From: Candidatus Borrarchaeum weybense
Lineage (GTDB): Archaea > Asgardarchaeota > Sifarchaeia > Borrarchaeales > Borrarchaeaceae
DNA length: 32,000 nucleotides
Assembly (NCBI GenBank): GCA_019057385.1
Contig: JAHQJS010000004.1
Location: forward strand, 776,585-808,584
Direction of reading: 5' to 3'
Both the position numbers and the translations under genes were made by a program. Shown here piece by piece: positions 17,048-27,035 of this stretch. The first letter of the stretch is position 1, and each line of letters opens with the position of its first letter. The notes under the pieces were generated by a model, which was not told the origin of the DNA, made no database searches, and worked only from the letters and a program-made list of their open reading frames with translations.

Positions 17048-18556
17048 TCAAAACCATTTGTCTAACTGTGTGTGTTTAGGTTTTTCCTCGTCCGCTATTG
17101 AAGGTTCTTCAAGTTTTTTTCTTACCTTTTTTACAACTTTTTTAGTTTCTTTTTTGGATTCTTTTTCAATCTTTTCTTTTGATTCTTTGGTAACTTTCTT
17201 TTTCTCTATCTTTTTTGTTGTTTCTGTTTTCTTCTCTTTCTTCACTTGTTTTGCAGGTTTTGGAGGAGGTTTAAGTTTTTCCATTTCTTTTTTGATTTCC
17301 TTAATGTTCTTTTTTTCTGTAAGCAAAGCAAGATCGTCATCTGAAAAATTGAACCATTTAGTAAGCTTAGCCGACATCTCTAGATCATTAAACATCCACT
17401 TTATAAAGGGTATATAATCTTTTGTTGCTCTTCTTTTGGAAGTATGGCATTTTTTTCCGATAGTTGCAGCAAGTTCTCCGGTTGCTCCCCGAACTTCTTT
17501 TGTACGGCTCATTTGCGATACCCAAGTAGGAAATCCATATCTTTGATAGGTATATCTCTGTCCCTTTAGTGGATTTGCTACGCCCTCTATCATATTGCTA
17601 TATACATATTTCAACAAAGTCCATTGCTGTCGTTTGCGTATTCTAGCCCTAAAAAGATCAGCCCTTGAAATTGCATCATACACCTGTGCAAGTGTTTCAG
17701 GCTCTATGGCGTGTTTTGCTGCATTTTCATTAATCCAAAGCAGAAGCATGTCAGGTCTTATATCTAGATCTCTTACTGACATACGTGCATCCTTTACAGT
17801 TTTCGCAGAAAATAGACCTTTCAACGCATTAAAAATGTCAGTTTCGTGATCTCTCGATGTCAATGTAGACAAATCATTCTCTGTAAGTTGGTTTTTGTCC
17901 ATAGCTATTGCCTGCAAATCATTAATTGCAGATCGCAGATCACCACCAGAGTTTTCTGCTATCTTTAGTAAAATACTATCGTCAACAACAATATCTTCGT
18001 TCTTGCAGATCTTCTTAAGTACATTTTTTATACTGGCTGCACGTAGACGTTGAAATTTAATTATTGTACAATATCTTCTAAAAGATGATAATCTTTGGTT
18101 GTATGGATCATTAGCCGTTGCAATAATTGGAACTCTTGCTTCTTTAAATATCTTTATTAGAGCTGCTATTCCTCCGCGATCTTCTCGACCAGAGACACCA
18201 TCTACTTCATCGATCAAAATTAGTTTCTTAGGACGGTTTCCGGAGTAAAGTGAACCTTCTGTTGCTGCTAATCCTACAATATCTTGAATTTGAGATTGCC
18301 CTCTTTTATCACTTGCATTCACTTCAATTACATCAAGCCCGTAGGTATTTGCTAAAGCATAAACTGCTGAAGTCTTTCCTGAACCAGGAGGTCCAACAAG
18401 AAGTGGGAACTTGATTGCTGATTTCTTTTTCTGTTCTTCAACTCTTTGCTTTTCTGTCCATTCCTCATACCACTTCAATAAATCAGTTGCTGCCTTCTTA
18501 TTGCCTGCGATTTGGTCTAGTGTAACTGGTCTGTACTTTTCTGTCCATAATACCAT
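17048..18556 (-). CDS. rfcL: Replication factor C large subunit
   Basis: LLVGPPGSGKTSAVYALAN, KLILIDEVDGVSG, SGGDLRSAINDLQ; lysine-rich tail ending in TQLDKWF, a PIP-box-like PCNA-binding motif. Confidence 0.95.
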   Translation of the reverse strand: MVLWTEKYRPVTLDQIAGNKKAATDLLKWYEEWTEKQRVEEQKKKSAIKFPLLVGPPGSGKTSAVYALANTYGLDVIEVNASDKRGQSQIQDIVGLAATEGSLYSGNRPKKLILIDEVDGVSGREDRGGIAALIKIFKEARVPIIATANDPYNQRLSSFRRYCTIIKFQRLRAASIKNVLKKICKNEDIVVDDSILLKIAENSGGDLRSAINDLQAIAMDKNQLTENDLSTLTSRDHETDIFNALKGLFSAKTVKDARMSVRDLDIRPDMLLLWINENAAKHAIEPETLAQVYDAISRADLFRARIRKRQQWTLLKYVYSNMIEGVANPLKGQRYTYQRYGFPTWVSQMSRTKEVRGATGELAATIGKKCHTSKRRATKDYIPFIKWMFNDLEMSAKLTKWFNFSDDDLALLTEKKNIKEIKKEMEKLKPPPKPAKQVKKEKKTETTKKIEKKKVTKESKEKIEKESKKETKKVVKKVRKKLEEPSIADEEKPKHTQLDKWF

Positions 18557-18882
18557 CAGAATCCTTCACCTAGGCGTTTCGAAAATCATAGACTCGTAGT
18601 TTATATTTGCGCCTTTTGCTTAAAAAGTACATGCTTTAAGAAAAGTCGCAAGAACATCAGTTTCACACTTTTTGTCTTTGACCATAATTGACAACAATAT
18701 TTGTTTCGTTATTCGCGGATTTAAAAGAAATATTGAAATAACTTGCTAATTTTAAGTTAGTTAACTAAAAGCCAGTTTTTAAATGAAAAATAATTTAAAT
18801 TGCGATTCAATGAAATAACTTAGACTTTTTATAGTACTAGGAAATGCTACTTTCAATTCAAGTTGATATCGGTGAAAAATAA

Positions 18883-21813
18883 TTGAGCAGAAAAGCACCT
18901 TCAGTCGAAGCTTCAGTCGAAGATGAGCTATTCGAAGGAAAATTTGCCTATAGTTTCTCTCCCGATGAATTAATTGATATATTCAACACTGATAGAGAAA
19001 AAGGTCTTCCTTCAGAAGAGGCAGTTAATCGTTTAGAGAAATATGGTGAAAATGAACTTCCAAAGGTTAAGACATCATTTTGGAAAATCTATATTGCTCC
19101 TATTTCCAATTGGCTCATTAATATTTATTTGATTGCCGCTCTTGCTATTTTTCTAATAGCCTTATCTCTTGGGCCACAAGATGTCGGGGCAGTTCTCCCA
19201 CTTGTTGTTCCCTGGTTTGTAGTAATAGGTGCTAACGTTGTTGTAGCAGTCGTTCAGCAATTTAGAGGACAGAAAAAACTTGAAGCGTTGCAACAACTGA
19301 TGGCTGACGACATTCCTGCACTGCGAGATGGCAAACAAATCACTGTTATGACTCGCGATTTAGTACCAGGCGACGTGATTTTGTTACGGCAAGGTGAGAG
19401 GGTGCCCGCTGATTGTTTAATAATTGATTCTGCAGATCTTGCTCTGGATGAATCTAGTCTTACAGGAGAAAGTGTACCTGTTGAAAAAAATGTGGCTCCA
19501 GAGGGATTAGATGGCGAATTATCAATACAAGAAACAACAAATATGGTTTTTCTGGGTTCATATGTTGCACAAGGTACCGCCAAAGTCATTGTCATTTTCA
19601 CAGGTATTAGGACGGTTATCGGAGAATTGAGCCGAGAATTAGAGGAAATAACTACAGGGGAAATTCCCATCAGGAAAAAGGTGAATGTTTTAGCAAAATA
19701 TTTGGGTACAGCAGTTGGAATCCTTCTAGCAATTTCTGTATCTTTTAGAATTTTGAGCTTATTCGTTTTTCCTCCACCGGGAGTTCAGGCAAAAGGGGGG
19801 ATGATCGAATGGGTGGATTTAGCACCAGTTTTGATAAACGGCCTAACTGTTGCCTTAGCCATAATGCCAATCAATATTGTGTTACTTGTTACGATTGTCT
19901 TAATAACAGGTGTCCTTGCAATGGCTAAAGAAAAGGTAATCATTAGAGATCTCAGTGCAGTAGAAACTTTAGGTAGGGTTAGCGTGGTTTGTTCTGACAA
20001 AACGGGGACAATGACTGAGAATAAAATGACTGTTAAGCGCATTTGGGATGGTGATGGAAATCTATATGGCATCACAGGATCTGGATTGAATATAGAAGGG
20101 GTCATTTTTAAGATTGAAGATAGAGCTACTGTGGATTTACCTCGCGATGCATCTCTGCAAAAACCTGTTGGTTCTTTCCCAAAATCTCTAGAGTTTCTGT
20201 TGATAAACAGCCTGTTAAATAATGACGCTAAAATAAGCGATGGGAAATTAATTGGTACGCCAACTGAAGGTGCGATTAAGATTCTTTTTCATAAGTCAAA
20301 ATTACAGGAAAGCGAGATATTGAAGAATTATAATATGATTGCCGAATTTCCGTTTGACTCGAACGTGAAAAGAATGTCAAAAATGTTTAATGGAACGCAC
20401 ACTGATATTGTATTTTGTAAAGGTGCTAGTGAAGTAATTCTACCTCGTTGCTCACAGATTTCACGTGAAAATAATGAGGAAAAATTTACAGAACAAGAAA
20501 AAGAAAAGATTCTTGCACATATTAACGAATTTGCACAAATAGGGTTCAGAGTACTCTCATTAGCACATAAGAGCATAAAAGAACTTCCTAACGATATGAA
20601 AGAATCGCGTCACGAAATTGAAAGCAACATGACCTTTGATGGATTTGTTTGTATTGTTGATCCCCCTCGTCCTGGCGTATATGAAGCTATAAAGGAAACC
20701 CAGTCGGCTGGAATACAAGTCACAATGATTACAGGCGACAGCCCAGTTACAGCATCCTCAATTGCACGTGAATTGAATATCATCGAAGAAGGTTCAGATC
20801 AGATGAGTGTGGAAGGTTATCAGGTTAAATCACTTACTGATGAAGGCTTCTTTAAGACAAGAGTATTTGCCCGAGTAAGCCCAGAAGATAAACAAGTCAT
20901 CGTTGCAAGATATCAAAAGCGTGATAAAGTCGTCGCAATGACTGGTGATGGTGTGAATGATGCATTAGCTCTTAGCTTGTCAGATGCTGGAATTGCAATG
21001 GGCATCGCAGGGACTGATGTGGCAAAGCAGGCATCAGATATTATTATTACGGATGATTCTTTTACATCAATTAGAACAGGGATAAGAGAGGGAAGAAATC
21101 TCTTTCAAAAAATCAGAATGATGTGTTATTTCTATGTTTGCATAAACTTAATGGAAGCAGCTATCTTATTTGGAATGTCATTCATACCGAATTTCTTTGG
21201 CTTTTTGACGTTCCAACTTCAATGGTTGTATGTGTCGGCTCACACATTCCCAGGTTTTGCACTAGTATTTGATAAAAGTACAAGCAATATAATGCAAGAA
21301 AAACCGCGTGATACTCAAGAAATCATAGATCGTAAACTTTTTAAGATAATGGTTTTCCATGCAGCTTTGATGGCTATCGGAGTCGCGTTTATTTATATTA
21401 TAACGTTTACGGGAATCTATCCTGTATTTCCGGGTAACAATGTAGGATTGGTATCAACTGAATGGCCTTTGGCCCAACAGAAGGCTAGAACAATGGCAAT
21501 TGTTACAATTGTGTTTGTGGAATCTTTTATGGTACTCGCTATTCGCCGAATTAATATGTCCATCATTCAATCCAACAAAGGAGAAGATTTCTCACTTAGA
21601 ACCTATATTTTCATAGGAATGGTTATTTTCGGGACAGTTGGTCTTATTTATACCCCTATAGTCCAATTAGCAGTGATACATATTGGGATTGTCTTTGAAT
21701 TCATGTGGCTAACTTGGCTTGATTGGGTACTAATCATTATAGCATGCCTTCCTTCAGTTGTTGGAATTGAATTATATAAATGGACTAAAAGAAGTAAAGG
21801 CATTACATTTTGA
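18883..21813 (+). CDS. P-type cation-transporting-like ATPase
   Basis: SSLTGESVPVEK, CSDKTGTMTENKMT, VFCKGASE, TGDSPVTA, AMTGDGVNDALALSLSDAGIAMG. Confidence 0.93.
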   Translation: MSRKAPSVEASVEDELFEGKFAYSFSPDELIDIFNTDREKGLPSEEAVNRLEKYGENELPKVKTSFWKIYIAPISNWLINIYLIAALAIFLIALSLGPQDVGAVLPLVVPWFVVIGANVVVAVVQQFRGQKKLEALQQLMADDIPALRDGKQITVMTRDLVPGDVILLRQGERVPADCLIIDSADLALDESSLTGESVPVEKNVAPEGLDGELSIQETTNMVFLGSYVAQGTAKVIVIFTGIRTVIGELSRELEEITTGEIPIRKKVNVLAKYLGTAVGILLAISVSFRILSLFVFPPPGVQAKGGMIEWVDLAPVLINGLTVALAIMPINIVLLVTIVLITGVLAMAKEKVIIRDLSAVETLGRVSVVCSDKTGTMTENKMTVKRIWDGDGNLYGITGSGLNIEGVIFKIEDRATVDLPRDASLQKPVGSFPKSLEFLLINSLLNNDAKISDGKLIGTPTEGAIKILFHKSKLQESEILKNYNMIAEFPFDSNVKRMSKMFNGTHTDIVFCKGASEVILPRCSQISRENNEEKFTEQEKEKILAHINEFAQIGFRVLSLAHKSIKELPNDMKESRHEIESNMTFDGFVCIVDPPRPGVYEAIKETQSAGIQVTMITGDSPVTASSIARELNIIEEGSDQMSVEGYQVKSLTDEGFFKTRVFARVSPEDKQVIVARYQKRDKVVAMTGDGVNDALALSLSDAGIAMGIAGTDVAKQASDIIITDDSFTSIRTGIREGRNLFQKIRMMCYFYVCINLMEAAILFGMSFIPNFFGFLTFQLQWLYVSAHTFPGFALVFDKSTSNIMQEKPRDTQEIIDRKLFKIMVFHAALMAIGVAFIYIITFTGIYPVFPGNNVGLVSTEWPLAQQKARTMAIVTIVFVESFMVLAIRRINMSIIQSNKGEDFSLRTYIFIGMVIFGTVGLIYTPIVQLAVIHIGIVFEFMWLTWLDWVLIIIACLPSVVGIELYKWTKRSKGITF

Positions 21814-22042
21814 ATATCTAATAGACTCCTTGAAGTAGATTTTATGATTCTATGAAAATGTTAGAAATTCTTTATTAGCCTAATTTCTTCTACAGTTTTC
21901 CTCTCATTATTTTTCTGATCTATAATTTGCCGAAATCCAGTCCTCTTCTTAAATGCCTGAGATAGAAGTTAAAGCAATTCCATTGTACGAAAACATCTTA
22001 AACAACATTTAATATTTAGGCATAATAATATCGTCTTATCGA

Positions 22043-23635
22043 GTGGCTTCTATGAATGCAAAGGGCAGGAATTTTGCATTAATTGTACTCTTAACCTTTA
22101 TGGGTGGCCTACTACGTTTTTTAGTTTATTCAGATTTATGGTTTATCTTTGGAGATGACTGCAGATATGCTGGGCTTTCAAAAAATCTTATTGAACAGAG
22201 AGTATATTCATTGTATGCGCATGATCCCTTTATACTCCACCCACCCGTTCACCCAATTCTTGGAGCACTTATTCATACTGCTACTGGACTTGATTTTATC
22301 TATTCAGATCGCTTACTCTCATTTGTATTTGGAACTATGTCAATCCCTATCGTGTTTTTATTGAGTATGTTGTTTTTGAATTATCGCGAAAGCATTCTTA
22401 CAACATTTCTATTTACTATCTCAGGATTTCACATCTATTTAGCACAACTCTCTCTAACAGACAACACATTCATGTTCATGGGTTTTCTTAGTCTATATTG
22501 CTATTGCAAAGGGATATCCAATAGAAATTATCCAAAATTAATCATGGCAGGTCTTCTAGGTGGTTTTTGCGCCCTTACAAGAGATTTGGGCATCATATTG
22601 ATACTTCTCTTTTTCATATATTGGATTTTGACCACAGAACTTGTAAATACTTGGAGAATGCCGGTATTGGCAAGTTTGACACAAGGAGCAGTCTATTCCG
22701 TTTGGCCAGTATATCGTTACTTAAACTATATTTCACATCGTTATATTTGCGCCTGGGAAGGCTTTCCTGTTTATACCGGAAATTTCAATATTATAACGCT
22801 TGTTTCTCCTTTTAGTTTCCCAGAAATTTCAGCAGCCTTCGTTGGTTTATTTGCTCCTTATACCTATTACATTATTACCCTCCCTCATCTTACTAGCCTT
22901 TTTCTGCCATGGCCACTTAACAGTTCTATTGTTCTTTATGGTCCTTTTGGTGGAAATGAACATCTTGTCCCATTATATTTCTTCCTTTTGATTCCGGGAG
23001 TAGTAGGAGCTCTAAAATCACGCCAATATTTTATTCTATCATGGATTCTGATATTTTTTGTTCCCCTATCGTTTCTAACAAATGTTGACGTAAGATTCGT
23101 CGATTTCACTCTACCTGCTTTTAGCATGCTATATGTGTATGGGTTAGTCACATGTAAAAATATCTTAAAGTGGGTTCTAGAAAAGTTTAAACCTGGAGCA
23201 AATAGGCAGATTATAGAACTCTTACGCCATCAAGATGTACTCTCTTATTTGATTACTTTTTTAACGGTTAGTTTTATCATATTTGGACTCCTTCAAGCGA
23301 GAGGAACTATTCTTACTCAGCGATACGAAATTCAAGGTGCCGATCTTGCAGCTGAGGTTGAGGAATTGAATGGGGTGACAATGGTGCGACTTGGCTACTC
23401 ACAAGAAGTAGCGTATCTTACTTCAAAGGAGATCATAGGAATGCCACACACACCTACGAGGTTGGATGATATTATAAATCATTATAACGTGAATTATATT
23501 GCTTGGGGGCAGCATTCACCTTGGTGTGAGCAAACAATAACATATATTCAAGAACATCCCGAGAAATACGCTTTATATCTATATATCTCATCTCCAGAGA
23601 ATAACGACGTCTATCTAATTTATGAAGTTCTCTAG
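22043..23635 (+). CDS. GT39/ArnT-like multi-pass membrane glycosyltransferase
   Basis: Many TM helices, FGDDCRYAGLSKNLIE in the first loop (acidic pair typical of GT-C enzymes), HPPVHPILGALIH. Confidence 0.75.
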   Translation: MASMNAKGRNFALIVLLTFMGGLLRFLVYSDLWFIFGDDCRYAGLSKNLIEQRVYSLYAHDPFILHPPVHPILGALIHTATGLDFIYSDRLLSFVFGTMSIPIVFLLSMLFLNYRESILTTFLFTISGFHIYLAQLSLTDNTFMFMGFLSLYCYCKGISNRNYPKLIMAGLLGGFCALTRDLGIILILLFFIYWILTTELVNTWRMPVLASLTQGAVYSVWPVYRYLNYISHRYICAWEGFPVYTGNFNIITLVSPFSFPEISAAFVGLFAPYTYYIITLPHLTSLFLPWPLNSSIVLYGPFGGNEHLVPLYFFLLIPGVVGALKSRQYFILSWILIFFVPLSFLTNVDVRFVDFTLPAFSMLYVYGLVTCKNILKWVLEKFKPGANRQIIELLRHQDVLSYLITFLTVSFIIFGLLQARGTILTQRYEIQGADLAAEVEELNGVTMVRLGYSQEVAYLTSKEIIGMPHTPTRLDDIINHYNVNYIAWGQHSPWCEQTITYIQEHPEKYALYLYISSPENNDVYLIYEVL

Positions 23636-23793
23636 CTGATTGATTATGCTTAGAAAGCTTTTTCCACTTTTATAGAAGTCTCTGTCTCTTTGTATTTGTG
23701 AAGTTTAATAGTAAGAATTGTATCAAATAAGAAATAATTTTATATTAGGCGTAAAAGTAAATTCTGACAAGTTAAAAAGGGGGTTAATAATAG

Positions 23794-24273
23794 ATGGAAC
23801 AATCTAAATTATATTCAAACGAAGATTTAGTCGCTTATTGCGGCATTAATTGTAAAGAATGTAAGGCAAAGGCTAAAAGGCGAGGAAACCTTGCTAATTT
23901 GTTGAAAGAAGCTCTTAAAGAGTTACCTTTAGAATTATTCCGTGAAGTCTTTCCACCATTTAAGCCTATCAATGAAGTAATGGAATTTCTTGAATTTTTA
24001 CCGATGATGTCAAACATGCAAACATGTTGCACTTCAACAGAACATCCATGTGGAGATCCAGACTGTAAAATTCGCGTTTGTATACAAGAAAAGAACATAA
24101 GAACCTGTGCAGAATGTGAGGAAGATTATAAAACATGTGTAAAACTTGATTTTCTAAAACCAGGTCATAAAACATTGATAGAAGATCTTGATTTTATTAA
24201 AGAAAAAGGATTTGACGCGTACGTTGAAGACGTGATTAAAAAATACAAGATGGATCCTGTAACTGTTGAGTAA
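23794..24273 (+). CDS. DUF3795-like cysteine-rich protein
   Basis: AYCGINCKECKAK, CGDPDCKIRVCIQEKNIRTCAECEEDYKTC. Confidence 0.75.
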   Translation: MEQSKLYSNEDLVAYCGINCKECKAKAKRRGNLANLLKEALKELPLELFREVFPPFKPINEVMEFLEFLPMMSNMQTCCTSTEHPCGDPDCKIRVCIQEKNIRTCAECEEDYKTCVKLDFLKPGHKTLIEDLDFIKEKGFDAYVEDVIKKYKMDPVTVE

Positions 24274-24291
24274 ATCCTCATTTCCCCTCCT

Positions 24292-25305
24292 TTATTCTTG
24301 TATAAAAATATCTTCGTTCAGATACACAACTCTATTATATCTTGCATTTTTTTGAATATATGCCTCATCAAAAACTATGCTATTTTCAATTATAGAATTT
24401 TCACCGATTTCTGTATTTCTTCCTATTGTTGTATAAGGTCCTATCTGAGTATTTTTTTCTATTTTTGCATTATTTCCAATTAGCACAGGAGGAATAATCT
24501 TTGTATTACTTCCAATTTGACTTCCATTTTCTATTAGTTTAAATCCTGGCGTAATTGGGATTATTCCAGCTTGAATGCGGGATAAAACCTCACGATTAGC
24601 ATCTAAAAGATCCTTTGCTCGAGAAATGTTCTTTCTCCATCCGTCAAATAATGATCCATATACTTTTACGTTGTCTTGTTTAAGTAATTTCTTAATCGCA
24701 TCAGCAATTTCAAATTCCCCTCTTGGTGAGGGCTTTATTTCCTGAATAGCACGGAATATTATCGGACTGAAAATATAGATGCCGGTTGTAATGATATTAG
24801 AGAATACTATGGATGGCTTTTCTTCAATTTTAATGATCTTGTTATCTTCTCCAATGAGAACAACTCCTGTTTCTTTTGGAGTTCTTTTTTCTTCTAAAAG
24901 AAGTGTGGCATTCGCTTGGCGATTTAAATGGTGTTGAAATAAATCGTTAGGCGGCAAATCTAGAAATAGATTATCTCCTAAATACACTACAAAATCTTTC
25001 TTGACGATTTCTTTCGCCAGATTAATTGCATCAGCTAATCCTAGTTGTTTTTCTTGAAATAAATATTTGATGGATCCTCTAAAGTGTGTGCTGTTCAAAT
25101 ACACTTGAATTTGTTGGTATTTGTAACCCAGCACCATGAAAATTTTTCTTATATGAAGTTTTTGCAAAAAATCGAGCGCGTATTCGATGATTGGCTTTCC
25201 AGCAACCGATAGCAGTGGTTTAGGGATATGTTCTGTCAGAGGCAAGAACCTTGTTCCTTTACCAGCTGCAAGTACTATTGCAGTATCGAGAATTTCAATC
25301 ACCAA
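24292..25305 (-). CDS. Sugar-1-phosphate nucleotidyltransferase with left-handed beta-helix tail
   Basis: AIVLAAGKGTRFLPLTEHIPKPLLSVAGKPIIEY; hexapeptide-type C-terminus (IGSNTKI...IGNNAKIEKNTQIGPYTTIGRNTEIGENS). Confidence 0.9.
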   Translation of the reverse strand: MVIEILDTAIVLAAGKGTRFLPLTEHIPKPLLSVAGKPIIEYALDFLQKLHIRKIFMVLGYKYQQIQVYLNSTHFRGSIKYLFQEKQLGLADAINLAKEIVKKDFVVYLGDNLFLDLPPNDLFQHHLNRQANATLLLEEKRTPKETGVVLIGEDNKIIKIEEKPSIVFSNIITTGIYIFSPIIFRAIQEIKPSPRGEFEIADAIKKLLKQDNVKVYGSLFDGWRKNISRAKDLLDANREVLSRIQAGIIPITPGFKLIENGSQIGSNTKIIPPVLIGNNAKIEKNTQIGPYTTIGRNTEIGENSIIENSIVFDEAYIQKNARYNRVVYLNEDIFIQE

Positions 25306-25357
25306 AAGAAGATGCGTTCTATAGCTTCTAAAATGTAAAAACGAAGTAAGTAATTAA

Positions 25358-26104
25358 TTATTTGGTCTCAATAGAAATCCCTAAAAAATCTGTATTAACG
25401 AACCAGTTAGAAATATCAGCTTGCTCTAAGAATTGTTGGACTTCTTGCGGTGTATAACTCGCATCGATTGATGATTTCCAATATTTCCACCAGTTTCCAG
25501 CAATAAGGCGTCCTAACACATGCACAATGAATTTTGCCCTTAGCCCTAAATCCCGGCGTTCATCTTTGATATATACTTTCCCATCTGGCTTTAATACCCG
25601 AGAAATCTCTTTGAAACCATTTAAGGGATTTTCCCAGTGATGCAGAGAATCGTTGGATAAAACCAAGTCATATTTTTGATCTGGAATCATTTCCATGTTT
25701 TCAACATAACCAGTTATATAATTTACACGTTCTGCTACATTTTCATCTTTTGCATTCTTTCTGGCTACTCTTTGCATATCGGCTGATGGTTCTAGACCAT
25801 CTACTCTGACATCAGGACGTTCTTTTGCCAACCAGATACCTATCCAGCCTGGGCCTGGACCTATTTCTAGAATAATCGCCCCTTGTGGTGGATCTATTGA
25901 TTTTATGATATGTTTTATAATATTTCGATACTCAAAACCCATATTTTTCTTCATCCTTTCACTATATTCTTCCATGGTAAACTCTGGAGTATCTAGTATT
26001 GCCTCTCCTTCTGGGATTCTAGGTCTGATTTTCTTGCTTTTAGCCATTTGTTTACACCACTTTTTTTTAATTCCAAAGGCGTGATATGCACTTTTCAGTG
26101 ACAT
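25358..26104 (-). CDS. SAM-dependent class I methyltransferase
   Basis: ILEIGPGPGWIGIWLAKERPDVRVDGLEPS...YDLVLSNDSLHHWENP. Confidence 0.88.
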   Translation of the reverse strand: MSLKSAYHAFGIKKKWCKQMAKSKKIRPRIPEGEAILDTPEFTMEEYSERMKKNMGFEYRNIIKHIIKSIDPPQGAIILEIGPGPGWIGIWLAKERPDVRVDGLEPSADMQRVARKNAKDENVAERVNYITGYVENMEMIPDQKYDLVLSNDSLHHWENPLNGFKEISRVLKPDGKVYIKDERRDLGLRAKFIVHVLGRLIAGNWWKYWKSSIDASYTPQEVQQFLEQADISNWFVNTDFLGISIETK

Positions 26105-26137
26105 TGAAAAAAATAAAAAAAGGGCAATAATGCCCTT

Positions 26138-26764
26138 TCACATAATACATTCTATTAAAGCTTCTATTTTATATGGCTTTACTGCGTCTACAATAGCTTC
26201 AATTGGTTCATCGTCTTCATCTTTTTCTCTTACGATTTCTAGAGCCCTCCTGCGCCTTCGTATAAATTCTCCCAATGTGGGGAATTCATACGTCATCTCA
26301 TATTCAGCAATCAATTCAATTTCTTCTTTGTGAGCAAATCCTTTGATGCTTTCTGAAAAACCTCTATGACTTACCATAATAAATCTAAATCCATTTATTG
26401 CTATTTTTTCGTTTACAAGAAGACTCCTCAGCCGACTTATTTGATAGCCCTGATCAATTCCTACAACTCTGTTCCAATCTTTCATAATTACTAACCCTAA
26501 ATGATCGCCAATAGAGTTTTTCAAAAGCAGCGTAGTATTATTATTTGCTAACATTTTTCTGATATGGCTTTTCCTATATGGTTTCCAATGAGCTATGTCA
26601 ACTGGTACTAAACCCTTTTTTTGGAAATAGGTTCTAGTAAGCCAACGAAGTTCATTCGGCATTCTAGCTCTCTTTCCCAGCGAAATCTCTCTAACCCCCA
26701 ATTGTCTATATAGTAAAATACCGACAAAATACTTTATAATTGTTGCCCTCCTTTTTAAAGGCAT
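26138..26764 (-). CDS. Protein of unknown function; C-terminal part faintly resembles restriction-endonuclease-fold proteins
   Basis: 208 aa ORF; NGFRFIMVSHRGFSESIKGFAHKEEIELI resembles late strand/helix elements of Mrr/RecB-like folds, but catalytic D/ExK is not evident. Confidence 0.6.
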   Translation of the reverse strand: MPLKRRATIIKYFVGILLYRQLGVREISLGKRARMPNELRWLTRTYFQKKGLVPVDIAHWKPYRKSHIRKMLANNNTTLLLKNSIGDHLGLVIMKDWNRVVGIDQGYQISRLRSLLVNEKIAINGFRFIMVSHRGFSESIKGFAHKEEIELIAEYEMTYEFPTLGEFIRRRRRALEIVREKDEDDEPIEAIVDAVKPYKIEALIECIM

Positions 26765-26780
26765 TATAGGCGCTCTTCGG

Positions 26781-26845
26781 GCGCGATGGCGCGTTTTATT
26801 AAATATGCGGGCGCGATAACCTCTCCCTTTATATATACGTGCGCG
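26781..26845. promoter_or_regulatory. Three GCGCGAT direct repeats interleaved with TATA-like boxes upstream of the 26764 gene
   Basis: GCGCGAT at 26781-26787, 26811-26817, 26839-26845; minus-strand TATATATAAAGG between repeats 2 and 3 and ATATATAAAG just beyond. Confidence 0.45.
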
Positions 26846-27035
26846 ATTGTGCGCTTCTTTATATATTATTACCTTAAACGCTACAAAGATTAAAATTCTA
26901 GAAATATAGCTAAATACAATACATAAAAAGGCAGCAAATAAGAATGAAGCTGATATTTGAATCAGTATTCATTTAAACACCACTTATATGAGATAGGCAA
27001 AGTTCTTCATATTTGAAGGTAAGCTTTTTACTTGA

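Noticed and set aside
17048-18556. Lys/Glu-rich tail of RfcL as an unusual fusion
   Set aside because: Charged tails ending in a PIP-box are a familiar feature of archaeal RFC large subunits.
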